The position numbers and the translations under genes were made by a program. The notes beneath the pieces were generated by a model. That model did no database searches and had not been told where the DNA came from. It worked only from the letters and a program-made list of their open reading frames with translations. Below, piece by piece: positions 46,786-55,159 of a stretch of DNA of 64,000 nucleotides. Source of the stretch: a virus; IMG/VR virus record IMGVR_UViG_3300028392_000034, positions 84,971-148,970 of that record; one strand, given 5' to 3'. Within the stretch, counting starts at the first letter, position 1. Every line of letters begins with the position of its first letter.

Positions 46786-47481
46786 ATGAACAGTAAAGAA
46801 TTTGTTGCCAAGATCGTGGCAGACAATCAAGCATTATTCCAAGCTAGTCAACACAATGTGAAAGCATACTTTGACAGCAAGCCTGCTCAAGAAGAGTTGG
46901 TCGAGCACTTTGTTGGCCGCATGGTCAACGAGCGTATGAACATGGTTGAAATCAGCCAAGCTATTGCAACAATGCCTGCTGATGCAGATCCAGTTGAATT
47001 GCAGTTGTTGACACAACAAGCACACGACGAAGCTGTTCATTTCCGCATGGTCAAAGAAGTAATTGAACACATCACTGGTGCACCGGTTGATGTTGAAGCT
47101 GCTATCGCCAAAGAAGCTGCCAAACCCACTGCCAAAGGCGCTGGTTTGTTGGCCAAATACGGCGCAGAAAATGATCCAGTTGCCTTGGCAGCTTACCAGT
47201 TGGTAGCCGAAGGCCGTGCCGAAGCAGTGTGGGATCAAATGGCCGACTGCATCGAAGATCCATTTATCTCCAAGAGCTATGCTAAAATTGCTCGCGACGA
47301 AGGCTTCCACAGCAAGATCGGTGCTCGCAAGTTAGAGCAGTTGGTTACAGACGCAGACGTTGCTGCCAAAGTTGAAACTTTGGTTGCCGCCATGCGTAAA
47401 GACTTGTATGAAATTTCATGCAAGAACACTGTTGCCGCAGATGCTGGTAAAGCATTGGTAGCAGACGCATACGGTTGGTAA
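46786..47481 (+). CDS. Ferritin-like diiron-carboxylate protein
   Basis: E...DEAVH...E...DEGFH; strong RBS TAAGGAG. Confidence 0.85.
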   Translation: MNSKEFVAKIVADNQALFQASQHNVKAYFDSKPAQEELVEHFVGRMVNERMNMVEISQAIATMPADADPVELQLLTQQAHDEAVHFRMVKEVIEHITGAPVDVEAAIAKEAAKPTAKGAGLLAKYGAENDPVALAAYQLVAEGRAEAVWDQMADCIEDPFISKSYAKIARDEGFHSKIGARKLEQLVTDADVAAKVETLVAAMRKDLYEISCKNTVAADAGKALVADAYGW

Positions 47482-47482
47482 T

Positions 47483-48034
47483 TTGAATATAGGATTAACA
47501 CAACGAATCCTATATCATAACGGTCAAGCGTATGATGCCACCCAGCATGGATGGTATTCATACTTACAGGGTCATACGCTTGTTCCAGTAGCAAATAGAA
47601 CAGATCAAGATTTTGAAGCAGTAGCACAAGAATTAGATGTATTAATCATCACAGGTGGAGACGACACTGCTCTTCGCCGCACAGTAGAATTAAAGTTAGC
47701 AGGACAAATGGCCTTGCGTAAAAAACCAGTTGTTGGTGTTTGTCATGGTTGTTTTTTGTTAACTGATGTATTAGGTGGTCGAGTAGAAGAAGTAGCAGGA
47801 CATCATAATACCACGCACAACGTAAATTACTTTGGTGAGCTAATAGCGGTCAATAGCTATCATACTTTGGCAATTAAAAAATTGCATCGGTCTGGTACGG
47901 TATTAGCCACTGACGCCGAAGGCAATTGTGAAGCGTGGATTGATGGTCAAACAGCAGGAGTGGTCTGGCACCCGGAACGTATGAAAACGCCTTGGTTACC
48001 AGATGAAATTTTAAATTTAACTTTTAAGGAATAA
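47483..48034 (+). CDS. Class I glutamine amidotransferase / peptidase C26
   Basis: ITGG, GVCHG, VNSYH, WHPE. Confidence 0.9.
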   Translation: MNIGLTQRILYHNGQAYDATQHGWYSYLQGHTLVPVANRTDQDFEAVAQELDVLIITGGDDTALRRTVELKLAGQMALRKKPVVGVCHGCFLLTDVLGGRVEEVAGHHNTTHNVNYFGELIAVNSYHTLAIKKLHRSGTVLATDAEGNCEAWIDGQTAGVVWHPERMKTPWLPDEILNLTFKE

Positions 48035-48035
48035 A

Positions 48036-49028
48036 ATGAAACGATTATTTGCAGCATTGTTTATTACCATGGCCGGAATGGGCGCATGTTCGGTATCCCA
48101 TGCTTGGGAACCTACAAAAACAGTCACAGTTGTTGTGGGCAACACACCCGGTGCCGGAAACGAGATAGCATTCCGTAAACTGGCCGAAATTGTGCAGAAG
48201 AAAAATCCCAAGTTTGTTTATGTGGTGGAAAATCGCCCGGGTGCCGACAGTGCAGTGGCCAACAACCATTTCATACAACAACCTGCAGATGGCTATACCA
48301 TCAACTTGCCAAGCCATATGAGCAGCTATGTCACCAATGATATTTGGGAAGCAAAGATTAAAAAATATCAATGGGACAGTTTTGTTGATGTATTGACCAT
48401 GGGCAAGAGTCCGCTGGTATTGGTTGCCAGCCCAAAAAGCACAGTAGAAACACCAGTTGACTTTGTGCGTTATCTTGCTAAGTCTACTCGGCCTATTAAT
48501 ATTGCTGTAGGCGGCGGAGCACATAGAACAGCATACGAATATTTGATTAACAAAGCACATGGCAATCGTGATCTGATCAAGCCAATCAAATTCAACGGTC
48601 CATTGCCAGCAGTGACCAGCGTGGCACAGTACGATGGAAAAGTAGGCACAGAGTTTGGTATTATGCCTATTGCTGTGGCTAGGCCATTGGTCGAAGCCGG
48701 CAAAGTCAAAGCCATTGGATTTACTGGTACACGCACAATGCCACAGTATCCGGATGTGCCACTGTTGAACACTGTGGCACCGGGAATTAATGTATACGCA
48801 GCTTGGTCAATTGAATTGCCCCCCAACACAGACAAAGAAATTGTTGCATGGTATCAGAAAACATTCAGTGCCGCAATTCGCAGCAAGGAATATGCCGAAT
48901 GGCGTGAGAAAAACGTAGTATTCTATGAAGAGGCCGAACTTACTCCAGCAGGTTTGAAAAAACAAATGGAAAGTTTACGTGAAACATTCTTGCCAGTGCT
49001 ACAACGAATTGATTTGAGTAAAGAATGA
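48036..49028 (+). CDS. Bug/TctC tripartite tricarboxylate transporter substrate-binding protein
   Basis: Signal peptide; VVENRPGA, PADGYT, GKVKAIG, PDVP. Confidence 0.9.
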   Translation: MKRLFAALFITMAGMGACSVSHAWEPTKTVTVVVGNTPGAGNEIAFRKLAEIVQKKNPKFVYVVENRPGADSAVANNHFIQQPADGYTINLPSHMSSYVTNDIWEAKIKKYQWDSFVDVLTMGKSPLVLVASPKSTVETPVDFVRYLAKSTRPINIAVGGGAHRTAYEYLINKAHGNRDLIKPIKFNGPLPAVTSVAQYDGKVGTEFGIMPIAVARPLVEAGKVKAIGFTGTRTMPQYPDVPLLNTVAPGINVYAAWSIELPPNTDKEIVAWYQKTFSAAIRSKEYAEWREKNVVFYEEAELTPAGLKKQMESLRETFLPVLQRIDLSKE

Positions 49029-49645
49029 AGTATATTTTTTGTGCCGGTGCTCCAGGCAGTAAATGGTCGAGCTTGATTAAAAATATCTACTATAGTCCCA
49101 GTATAGATCGTACTGACTATACCGAAGATAGAACCTACTACCACGATGCTTCGGGCAAATTAGACCTGATGCATCTTGGAGTATACTTTGATCCTGGAAT
49201 GGAGTTTGGCGATTTCTTTGACAAGCTCAGTGACTATACAAAAGAACAATGTGAAGCAGAGTTTGATCGGCCTTTTTCAGGCGAAGGTACACGTATTATC
49301 AAAAGTCATGTGTTTGCACACCATGTAGACTTTATTAAATCTACGTGGCCCGACTGTCCTATTATTTTAGCCCTGCGTGACAACGATGCTTGTCTGGGCT
49401 GGTGGGTGCGTTGCGGACATTTTAATATTACCTATCCCAGCTACGATAAGTATTATAAGAATTTGCGTGAAATGAGTAAAATCATTGATTGGCAAAATCG
49501 AGACATAGGCCGGGCATGGGCTAATTATGATGGCCTTGTTGTTCGCAACAATCAAGAACTAGCAGAAATATTAGGTATTCCACAACCGCCAGAAGAATAT
49601 CAGCAAGACTATATGGCGTCTGACCTAGAGGTAAAAGTAATATGA
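49025..49645 (+). CDS. Sulfotransferase-like P-loop protein
   Basis: AGAPGSKWS 5'-PSB-like loop, IIKSH, IILALRD. Confidence 0.55.
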   Translation: MKYIFCAGAPGSKWSSLIKNIYYSPSIDRTDYTEDRTYYHDASGKLDLMHLGVYFDPGMEFGDFFDKLSDYTKEQCEAEFDRPFSGEGTRIIKSHVFAHHVDFIKSTWPDCPIILALRDNDACLGWWVRCGHFNITYPSYDKYYKNLREMSKIIDWQNRDIGRAWANYDGLVVRNNQELAEILGIPQPPEEYQQDYMASDLEVKVI

Positions 49646-50328
49646 AAAATCAAGCAGATTATGACAGCAGTTGGCAGTGGTGTGTAGACCATAGTCGTTA
49701 TCATTTCAATGATTCTCGCAAGGATCAACCAGGTGAGTGGTTCCAAGTGTTGGGCCGCTTTGTAGGCACATGGTCAGATGAAGTCGCTCAAGCACAGGGC
49801 AAACCTATAACTTGGGCCACACGTAAATTTTACGGCAACGATGACAACACAGTTAGCCCTATGCTGGCACAAGAAGAAAATGATTTACGCACAACAGGTG
49901 CACCAGTAGACCTTGAGTTAACCGATGCGGTATTTGATATCAGTGCATATCCTACGTTGACTAGAATAAGTGAATACTTTGGGCTGGAAGATCCCAAGAT
50001 ACGTATGCATTATCAACAACCTGGTCAAATGTTTAATCTGCACATAGACAAATTACAAGAACGCTGTCCCGATGATCCAGAACAGGTAGTGCGTATGACC
50101 GTAATGTTAGATGATTGGCGCCCTGGACAATTCTATCTATTTGGTACTCACACATATTCGCATTGGCAAGCCGGAGATGTTCACATATTCGACTGGGCCA
50201 ATGTTCCACATGCCACGGCCAATGCCAGTCGCTACATGCGTCCAACACTACAGGTCACAGGACTTAAAACAGAGAAAACTCGTCAGATGATGGCCGTAGC
50301 AGGACCGTTGGTCAAATATCTAGTATGA
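49642..50328 (+). CDS. 2OG-Fe(II) / Asp-Asn beta-hydroxylase-like oxygenase
   Basis: QQPGQ...LHID, W..GD...FD, PHATAN, RPTL. Confidence 0.75.
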   Translation: MKNQADYDSSWQWCVDHSRYHFNDSRKDQPGEWFQVLGRFVGTWSDEVAQAQGKPITWATRKFYGNDDNTVSPMLAQEENDLRTTGAPVDLELTDAVFDISAYPTLTRISEYFGLEDPKIRMHYQQPGQMFNLHIDKLQERCPDDPEQVVRMTVMLDDWRPGQFYLFGTHTYSHWQAGDVHIFDWANVPHATANASRYMRPTLQVTGLKTEKTRQMMAVAGPLVKYLV

Positions 50329-50954
50329 AAAAACAGTTGTTGATTATATCAGGTCCACAAGGATCTGGTAATCATGTCTGGAGTAAAATACTTGCCTTGC
50401 ATCCAGCAGTGTATGGGTGGAAAGAATTGAATCAAACCTATTGGATCGGGCATGATCAAGAACCATTTGCTGACTGTTGGAACAACACCGATCTATTGAA
50501 AAATTTCGATTGGAATCAAAGCGATTATTATGTGACCGGTGTAAGTTGTCCTTACATGAACAATGGTGAACGCACTGTGCCCAATTTAATCGGCTTTGCA
50601 GCACAGGCCATGGGCTGTGGCATCAATGTACGATTTGCTATCATCGGGCGAGATCGTAATATCTTGTCGTTTCAAGAAACTCGGTTGCGTGGTGAGCCCA
50701 CATACAATATAGCTGTAGAACAGTATCAACGATTGGCCACATGGAATCCTGTATATCTCAGCTACGAGTTACTGCAATTGTATTCTTGTGACTATTTGAG
50801 GCAACTAAGTATTCTATTAGAGTTTCCAATAGATTACAACAATGCTTACATTGCGGAAATACTCCAAGATGACACTAATCAAAAATACTTTCAACCGGTA
50901 GCACATCATCCAACAGATGATTTAGCAAGACACACTTCAAGGAAATGGCGATGA
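50325..50954 (+). CDS. Sulfotransferase-like P-loop protein
   Basis: SGPQGSGNH...LALHP, IIGRD, LSYE. Confidence 0.6.
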   Translation: MKKQLLIISGPQGSGNHVWSKILALHPAVYGWKELNQTYWIGHDQEPFADCWNNTDLLKNFDWNQSDYYVTGVSCPYMNNGERTVPNLIGFAAQAMGCGINVRFAIIGRDRNILSFQETRLRGEPTYNIAVEQYQRLATWNPVYLSYELLQLYSCDYLRQLSILLEFPIDYNNAYIAEILQDDTNQKYFQPVAHHPTDDLARHTSRKWR

Positions 50955-51790
50955 CCCAACGTATATTGATAATGGGATTACCGGGTTCGGGCAAAACAAC
51001 ATTGGCTGCAGAACTCAAACGCTATTTAGAACTGCACGGAACAGCAGATCTAAGCAATGCTGAAATGTTGCCCATCACCGGATTCCGACCACACGTCACT
51101 TGGTTCAACGCCGACGATATTCGTCGCAAATACAACGATTGGGACTTCAGCAATGACGGACGTATTCGTCAAAGTATACGCATGTTTCAGTTCAGTATCG
51201 AGTCCGGTGGCGATTATGTTATCTGTGACTTTGTTGCACCCTTGGTCGAACAGCGTAACAATTTCAAAGCCGACTGGACTATCTGGGTCGATACAATTCG
51301 TGAAGGCCGTTATGCAGATACCAATGCAGCCTTTGTTGAACCTGAAGTATATGACTTCCGTGTCACGGAACAAAATGCAGAAAAGTGGGCTGAATTTATT
51401 GGCCAGCACATTATAGACCAGCGTCGCCGACCTGTGTTTGATTGGAAACGAGAAACTGTGCAGATGTTGGGTCGCTGGCAACCATGGCATGATGGACACC
51501 GTGCCTTGTTTGAACGATTGATTGCCAAGACCGGCCAGGTAGTTATTCAAATACGTGACGTTCAAGGTTGGCAAGGGTCAAATCCATTTGAAGTAGAACA
51601 GGTTAAAAAGTTTATTCGGCGTGATCTAGATCCTATCTATCAAGGACAATACGAAATACAAGTAGTGCCTAATATTGTTCACATAGGTTGGGGACGAGGT
51701 GTAGGTTACACTGCCGGAGAGGAAACTTTTGATGAATCAGTCACTGACATCAGTGCTACAAAGATTCGTAAAGAGTTAGGATTAAAATAA
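50951..51790 (+). CDS. cysC: Adenylylsulfate kinase-like domain fused to an HxGH nucleotidyltransferase domain
   Basis: GLPGSGKTT, NADDIR, FVAP; then GRWQPWHDGH, ISATKIR. Confidence 0.8.
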   Translation: MTQRILIMGLPGSGKTTLAAELKRYLELHGTADLSNAEMLPITGFRPHVTWFNADDIRRKYNDWDFSNDGRIRQSIRMFQFSIESGGDYVICDFVAPLVEQRNNFKADWTIWVDTIREGRYADTNAAFVEPEVYDFRVTEQNAEKWAEFIGQHIIDQRRRPVFDWKRETVQMLGRWQPWHDGHRALFERLIAKTGQVVIQIRDVQGWQGSNPFEVEQVKKFIRRDLDPIYQGQYEIQVVPNIVHIGWGRGVGYTAGEETFDESVTDISATKIRKELGLK

Positions 51791-51794
51791 CATC

Positions 51795-52001
51795 ATGAAT
51801 GATACGCCAGTTCGTAGCCTTGCCAAGGCAGTTAGCTGGCGTATCACTGGCACTATAGATACTTTCCTTATCAGTTGGTTGATTACAGGACAGGCACTGC
51901 TAGCCAGTGGTATTGCCTTGACAGAAATCTTGACCAAAGTAGGGTTATTTTGGGCGCATGAAAGAGTGTGGAACAGGGTCAAATGGGGCAGGACCAACTA
52001 A
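51795..52001 (+). CDS. DUF2061 membrane protein
   Basis: RSLAKAVSWR...HERVW. Confidence 0.85.
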   Translation: MNDTPVRSLAKAVSWRITGTIDTFLISWLITGQALLASGIALTEILTKVGLFWAHERVWNRVKWGRTN

Positions 52002-52030
52002 ATATTAGTATCTAACAAGGTACTGATATT
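51999..52030 (+). promoter_or_regulatory. Late promoter overlapping a 12-bp hairpin that hides the endolysin RBS
   Basis: TAAATA 51999-52004; AATATTAGTATC-TAACAA-GGTACTGATATT then ATG. Confidence 0.7.
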
Positions 52031-52642
52031 ATGCAAATTACACCACAACAGCTACAACAATGCATTGGCAATAACCCATATTTAGAGCACTGGGCCGAAG
52101 CCTTAAACAAAATACTACCAGATTATGAAATCAACACACCACAGCGTGTGGCTGCTTTTATTGCTCAATCGGCACACGAAAGTGGTAACTTTACTGCACT
52201 ACACGAAAACTTGAACTATCGGGCCGAAACACTGAGAAAAATTTTCCCCAAGTATTTCACTGACTCCAGTGCAGAACAGTTTGCTCATCAACCCGAAATG
52301 ATTGCCAATCGGGTCTATGCCAACAGAATGGGCAATGGTGACGAAGCGTCAGGTGACGGCTTCCGTTACTGCGGTCGTGGACTTATTCAGTTGACCGGCA
52401 AAGCCAACTATCAAGCCTTTGCCGACAGTTTAGAAATGCCAGTAGAAGCTGTTCCTGACTTCTTACAAACATTTGAAGGTGCTATACAAAGTGCCTGCTG
52501 GTTCTGGGAAAGCAACAACTTGAATCAATACGCCGACTCGGGTGATATCCTGACAATGACCAAACGCATCAACGGTGGCACCATTGGCCTAGAAGATCGC
52601 CAAAAACATTATAACCACGCATTACTAGTGTTCGGAGCTTGA
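52031..52642 (+). CDS. GH19 endolysin
   Basis: FIAQSAHES, ENLNY, GRGLIQLTG, TKRINGG. Confidence 0.93.
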   Translation: MQITPQQLQQCIGNNPYLEHWAEALNKILPDYEINTPQRVAAFIAQSAHESGNFTALHENLNYRAETLRKIFPKYFTDSSAEQFAHQPEMIANRVYANRMGNGDEASGDGFRYCGRGLIQLTGKANYQAFADSLEMPVEAVPDFLQTFEGAIQSACWFWESNNLNQYADSGDILTMTKRINGGTIGLEDRQKHYNHALLVFGA

Positions 52643-52643
52643 T

Positions 52644-53072
52644 GTGTGGATTTTAAAGTGGTTGCCTGACATTGTATTTTACTTGGTCCTGTTGACCGGA
52701 CTGGCGGGTCTTGCGGCAAGTTCGGTTCTAAAATTTGTTCCACTGGTATCACTGTATCGTGCGCCTATTCAATGGATTGCGGCCATCATAACTGCATTTG
52801 GTTTGTATATGACCGGTGCCATCAGTGACAACCATGCATGGTTAGCCCGCGTGGCTGATCTGGAACAGCAAGTGGCAGCGGCCGAAGCCCGGAGCCAAGC
52901 AGAAAATGTAAAAATTGTAACCAAAATTGTTACCAAGCGTGAGTATTACAGGACCCAAGGCAACGATATTGTTCAATACGTAGATCGTGAAGTTGCAAAA
53001 TATGACAACACTTGCCCGGTGCCCAAGGAAGTTGTCAAAGCACACAATGATGCAGCCGGAGACCGTCGATGA
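52644..53072 (+). CDS. Putative i-spanin (Rz-like)
   Basis: N-terminal TM helices, coiled coil, position after endolysin. Confidence 0.7.
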   Translation: MWILKWLPDIVFYLVLLTGLAGLAASSVLKFVPLVSLYRAPIQWIAAIITAFGLYMTGAISDNHAWLARVADLEQQVAAAEARSQAENVKIVTKIVTKREYYRTQGNDIVQYVDREVAKYDNTCPVPKEVVKAHNDAAGDRR

Positions 53073-53326
53073 AATACCTCTTATTAGTCATGTTACTGGC
53101 AGGTTGCACAACAGTTCCAGTGGCACGCCGGTTTCCTGAAGCTCCAACGCAACTGCTAGAAACATGCCCACAATTGAAAACTATTGATACTGAAACAACA
53201 GTATTCAGTGTGTTGACCAAAACAGTTGTGTCAAACTACACCACATACCACGAATGTGCTACACTACAACGGGGATGGGTCGACTGGTATAACACTCAAA
53301 AGAAAACTTTTGAGGAAGTAAAATAA
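53069..53326 (+). CDS. Putative o-spanin lipoprotein (Rz1-like)
   Basis: Lipobox LAGC; P..LLETCPQL, Y.EC. Confidence 0.75.
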   Translation: MKYLLLVMLLAGCTTVPVARRFPEAPTQLLETCPQLKTIDTETTVFSVLTKTVVSNYTTYHECATLQRGWVDWYNTQKKTFEEVK

Positions 53327-53342
53327 CAACAAGGAGCAAACC

Positions 53343-53867
53343 ATGGCAGATGAAACACTGAGCGCAAGTGAAAAGAAAAAAGAAGATTGGATGAATTCAA
53401 AGTGGCGTCCAATGATGGGCTGGATGTATATGTTGGTCTGCTTCTTTGACTTTGTTATTGCACCTATCTTGTGGAGCCTGACACAGGCCATGTTCCACGG
53501 TGGTGTTAATGTGCAATGGCAACCACTCACTCTACAAGGTGCTGGATTGTTCCACATCTCCATGGGTGCTGTGCTGGGTATTGCGGCCTATGGTCGCACA
53601 CAGGAGAAACTAAATGGAGCCAACAACGGGGGCATCGCCCTGCCAACAAGCGGAGGAACAACATATACGCCGCCGACACCAATCCAGCCCACAGCACCCA
53701 CCGGCTTTGGAAGCACAACTGCAACACCAACACCAGCCGCAAGCGGCTTTGGTAGCAGTGCAGGCTTTGGAGCAGGAGCGACTGCAGCTGCGCCAACCAT
53801 AACAACCACACCGCCAGCATTTGGCAGTAAGCCCACCGGGCCAGCACAATCATTCCCAGCATTATAA
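53343..53867 (+). CDS. Holin, GTA 3-TM type, with Pro/Thr/Gly tail
   Basis: WRPMMGW, LGIAAYGRTQEK. Confidence 0.75.
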   Translation: MADETLSASEKKKEDWMNSKWRPMMGWMYMLVCFFDFVIAPILWSLTQAMFHGGVNVQWQPLTLQGAGLFHISMGAVLGIAAYGRTQEKLNGANNGGIALPTSGGTTYTPPTPIQPTAPTGFGSTTATPTPAASGFGSSAGFGAGATAAAPTITTTPPAFGSKPTGPAQSFPAL

Positions 53868-53883
53868 TATAAGGAGAAACATC

Positions 53884-54027
53884 ATGTTAGACACTGTATT
53901 TTGGATCGCAGTAGGAGCATTTGTAGGTTGGAACTTTCCACAACCTGACTTTGCAAAAAACATACAAGCAAAATATTTGCAAAAATATATTGACAAACTT
54001 AAAGTTGTGTTATTTTTCTGGAGGTAA
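53884..54027 (+). CDS. Small membrane protein
   Basis: RBS AAGGAG; GAFVGWNFPQP. Confidence 0.65.
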   Translation: MLDTVFWIAVGAFVGWNFPQPDFAKNIQAKYLQKYIDKLKVVLFFWR

Positions 54028-54029
54028 TC

Positions 54030-54248
54030 ATGAATTACATAATATCAATGATCGCTTTGATTGTGTTAATTGTCACCAACCCGGCCTATGCTGAAGTAAC
54101 CACCAAAGAAGTCTGTAGAGACAAAGTAGACAAAGCTGGCAAAGTGGTTCGAGACAAAAGTGGAAAAACTACACAGACGTGCAAAAAAATCAAAGTGCAT
54201 AAAAAGGTAGACGGAACCCGGGTTCCAGAAAAAGCACCCAAGAAGTAA
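54030..54248 (+). CDS. Small secreted basic protein
   Basis: Signal peptide (AYA), two Cys, RBS GGAGG. Confidence 0.7.
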   Translation: MNYIISMIALIVLIVTNPAYAEVTTKEVCRDKVDKAGKVVRDKSGKTTQTCKKIKVHKKVDGTRVPEKAPKK

Positions 54249-54304
54249 TTGTAATCACTCCAGGCAAACAGTATAATTAATATGCTGTTTGCTTTTTTTT
54301 TGAC

Positions 54305-55087
54305 ATGACTGACCACTACCAAACTCTGGGCGTTGACCGCAACGCTACTCCTGACCAAATCAAACGGGCCTATCGTAAATTGGCCAGTCAGCATCATCCT
54401 GACAAAGGTGGAGACAAAGCACGATTTCAAGAAATTCAAGCCGCATACGATATACTAGGCAACGAGCAAAAACGTGCCGAATACAACAATCCGCGTCCGC
54501 AGGGTTTTAATTTTCAACATCAGGGGCCAGGCGGATTTGATTTTAACACTATATTTGATGTGTTCGGTGCCAGGTTCCAACAGCCACATCAACGGGTGAA
54601 TCGAGCACAAATGACCTTGTGGATTACACTAAACGATGTGGCCGTAGCTGGCCGCAAAACTATCAGTGTAGGCACTCCTCAAGGCACACAAGTTATAGAA
54701 ATAGATATACCTGCCAATATCGATGATGGTGATAGTGTTCAATACGCTGGTGTAGGCCCAGGTGGTATTGACCTAGTAATAACCTTTAGAATTCACCCCA
54801 ATCCCAAATGGCATCGTCAAGGCCCGAATTTGACTGTAGACCAAGACGTAAGCGTGTGGGACCTCATTTTAGGTAAGGATATTGTAATTCAAGACGTTTT
54901 GGGCAATCAACTTACCTTAACTGTACCGCCCAGAACACAGGCCAAAACCACGTTTAGATTACAAGGACGAGGACTTGGGCAAAAAGGCAATGCACCTGGC
55001 GATATGTTTGTGCGGGTTAATGCTGTGATACCTGCACATATTCCTGAATCATTGATGGCGGCCATTGTCCAAAGTCGTGACCAATAA
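54305..55087 (+). CDS. dnaJ: DnaJ/CbpA-like co-chaperone (no zinc finger)
   Basis: J domain with HPD, G/F region, C-terminal domain. Confidence 0.9.
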   Translation: MTDHYQTLGVDRNATPDQIKRAYRKLASQHHPDKGGDKARFQEIQAAYDILGNEQKRAEYNNPRPQGFNFQHQGPGGFDFNTIFDVFGARFQQPHQRVNRAQMTLWITLNDVAVAGRKTISVGTPQGTQVIEIDIPANIDDGDSVQYAGVGPGGIDLVITFRIHPNPKWHRQGPNLTVDQDVSVWDLILGKDIVIQDVLGNQLTLTVPPRTQAKTTFRLQGRGLGQKGNAPGDMFVRVNAVIPAHIPESLMAAIVQSRDQ

Positions 55088-55100
55088 ATAACCATATAGG

Positions 55101-55129
55101 TTGCAATTCTATTCTAACGGTAGTATAAT
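55101..55129 (+). promoter_or_regulatory. Sigma70 promoter of clpA
   Basis: TTGCAA-17-TATAAT. Confidence 0.65.
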
Positions 55130-55159
55130 AACTGTAAGGCGTATTATTAAAAGGAATAC

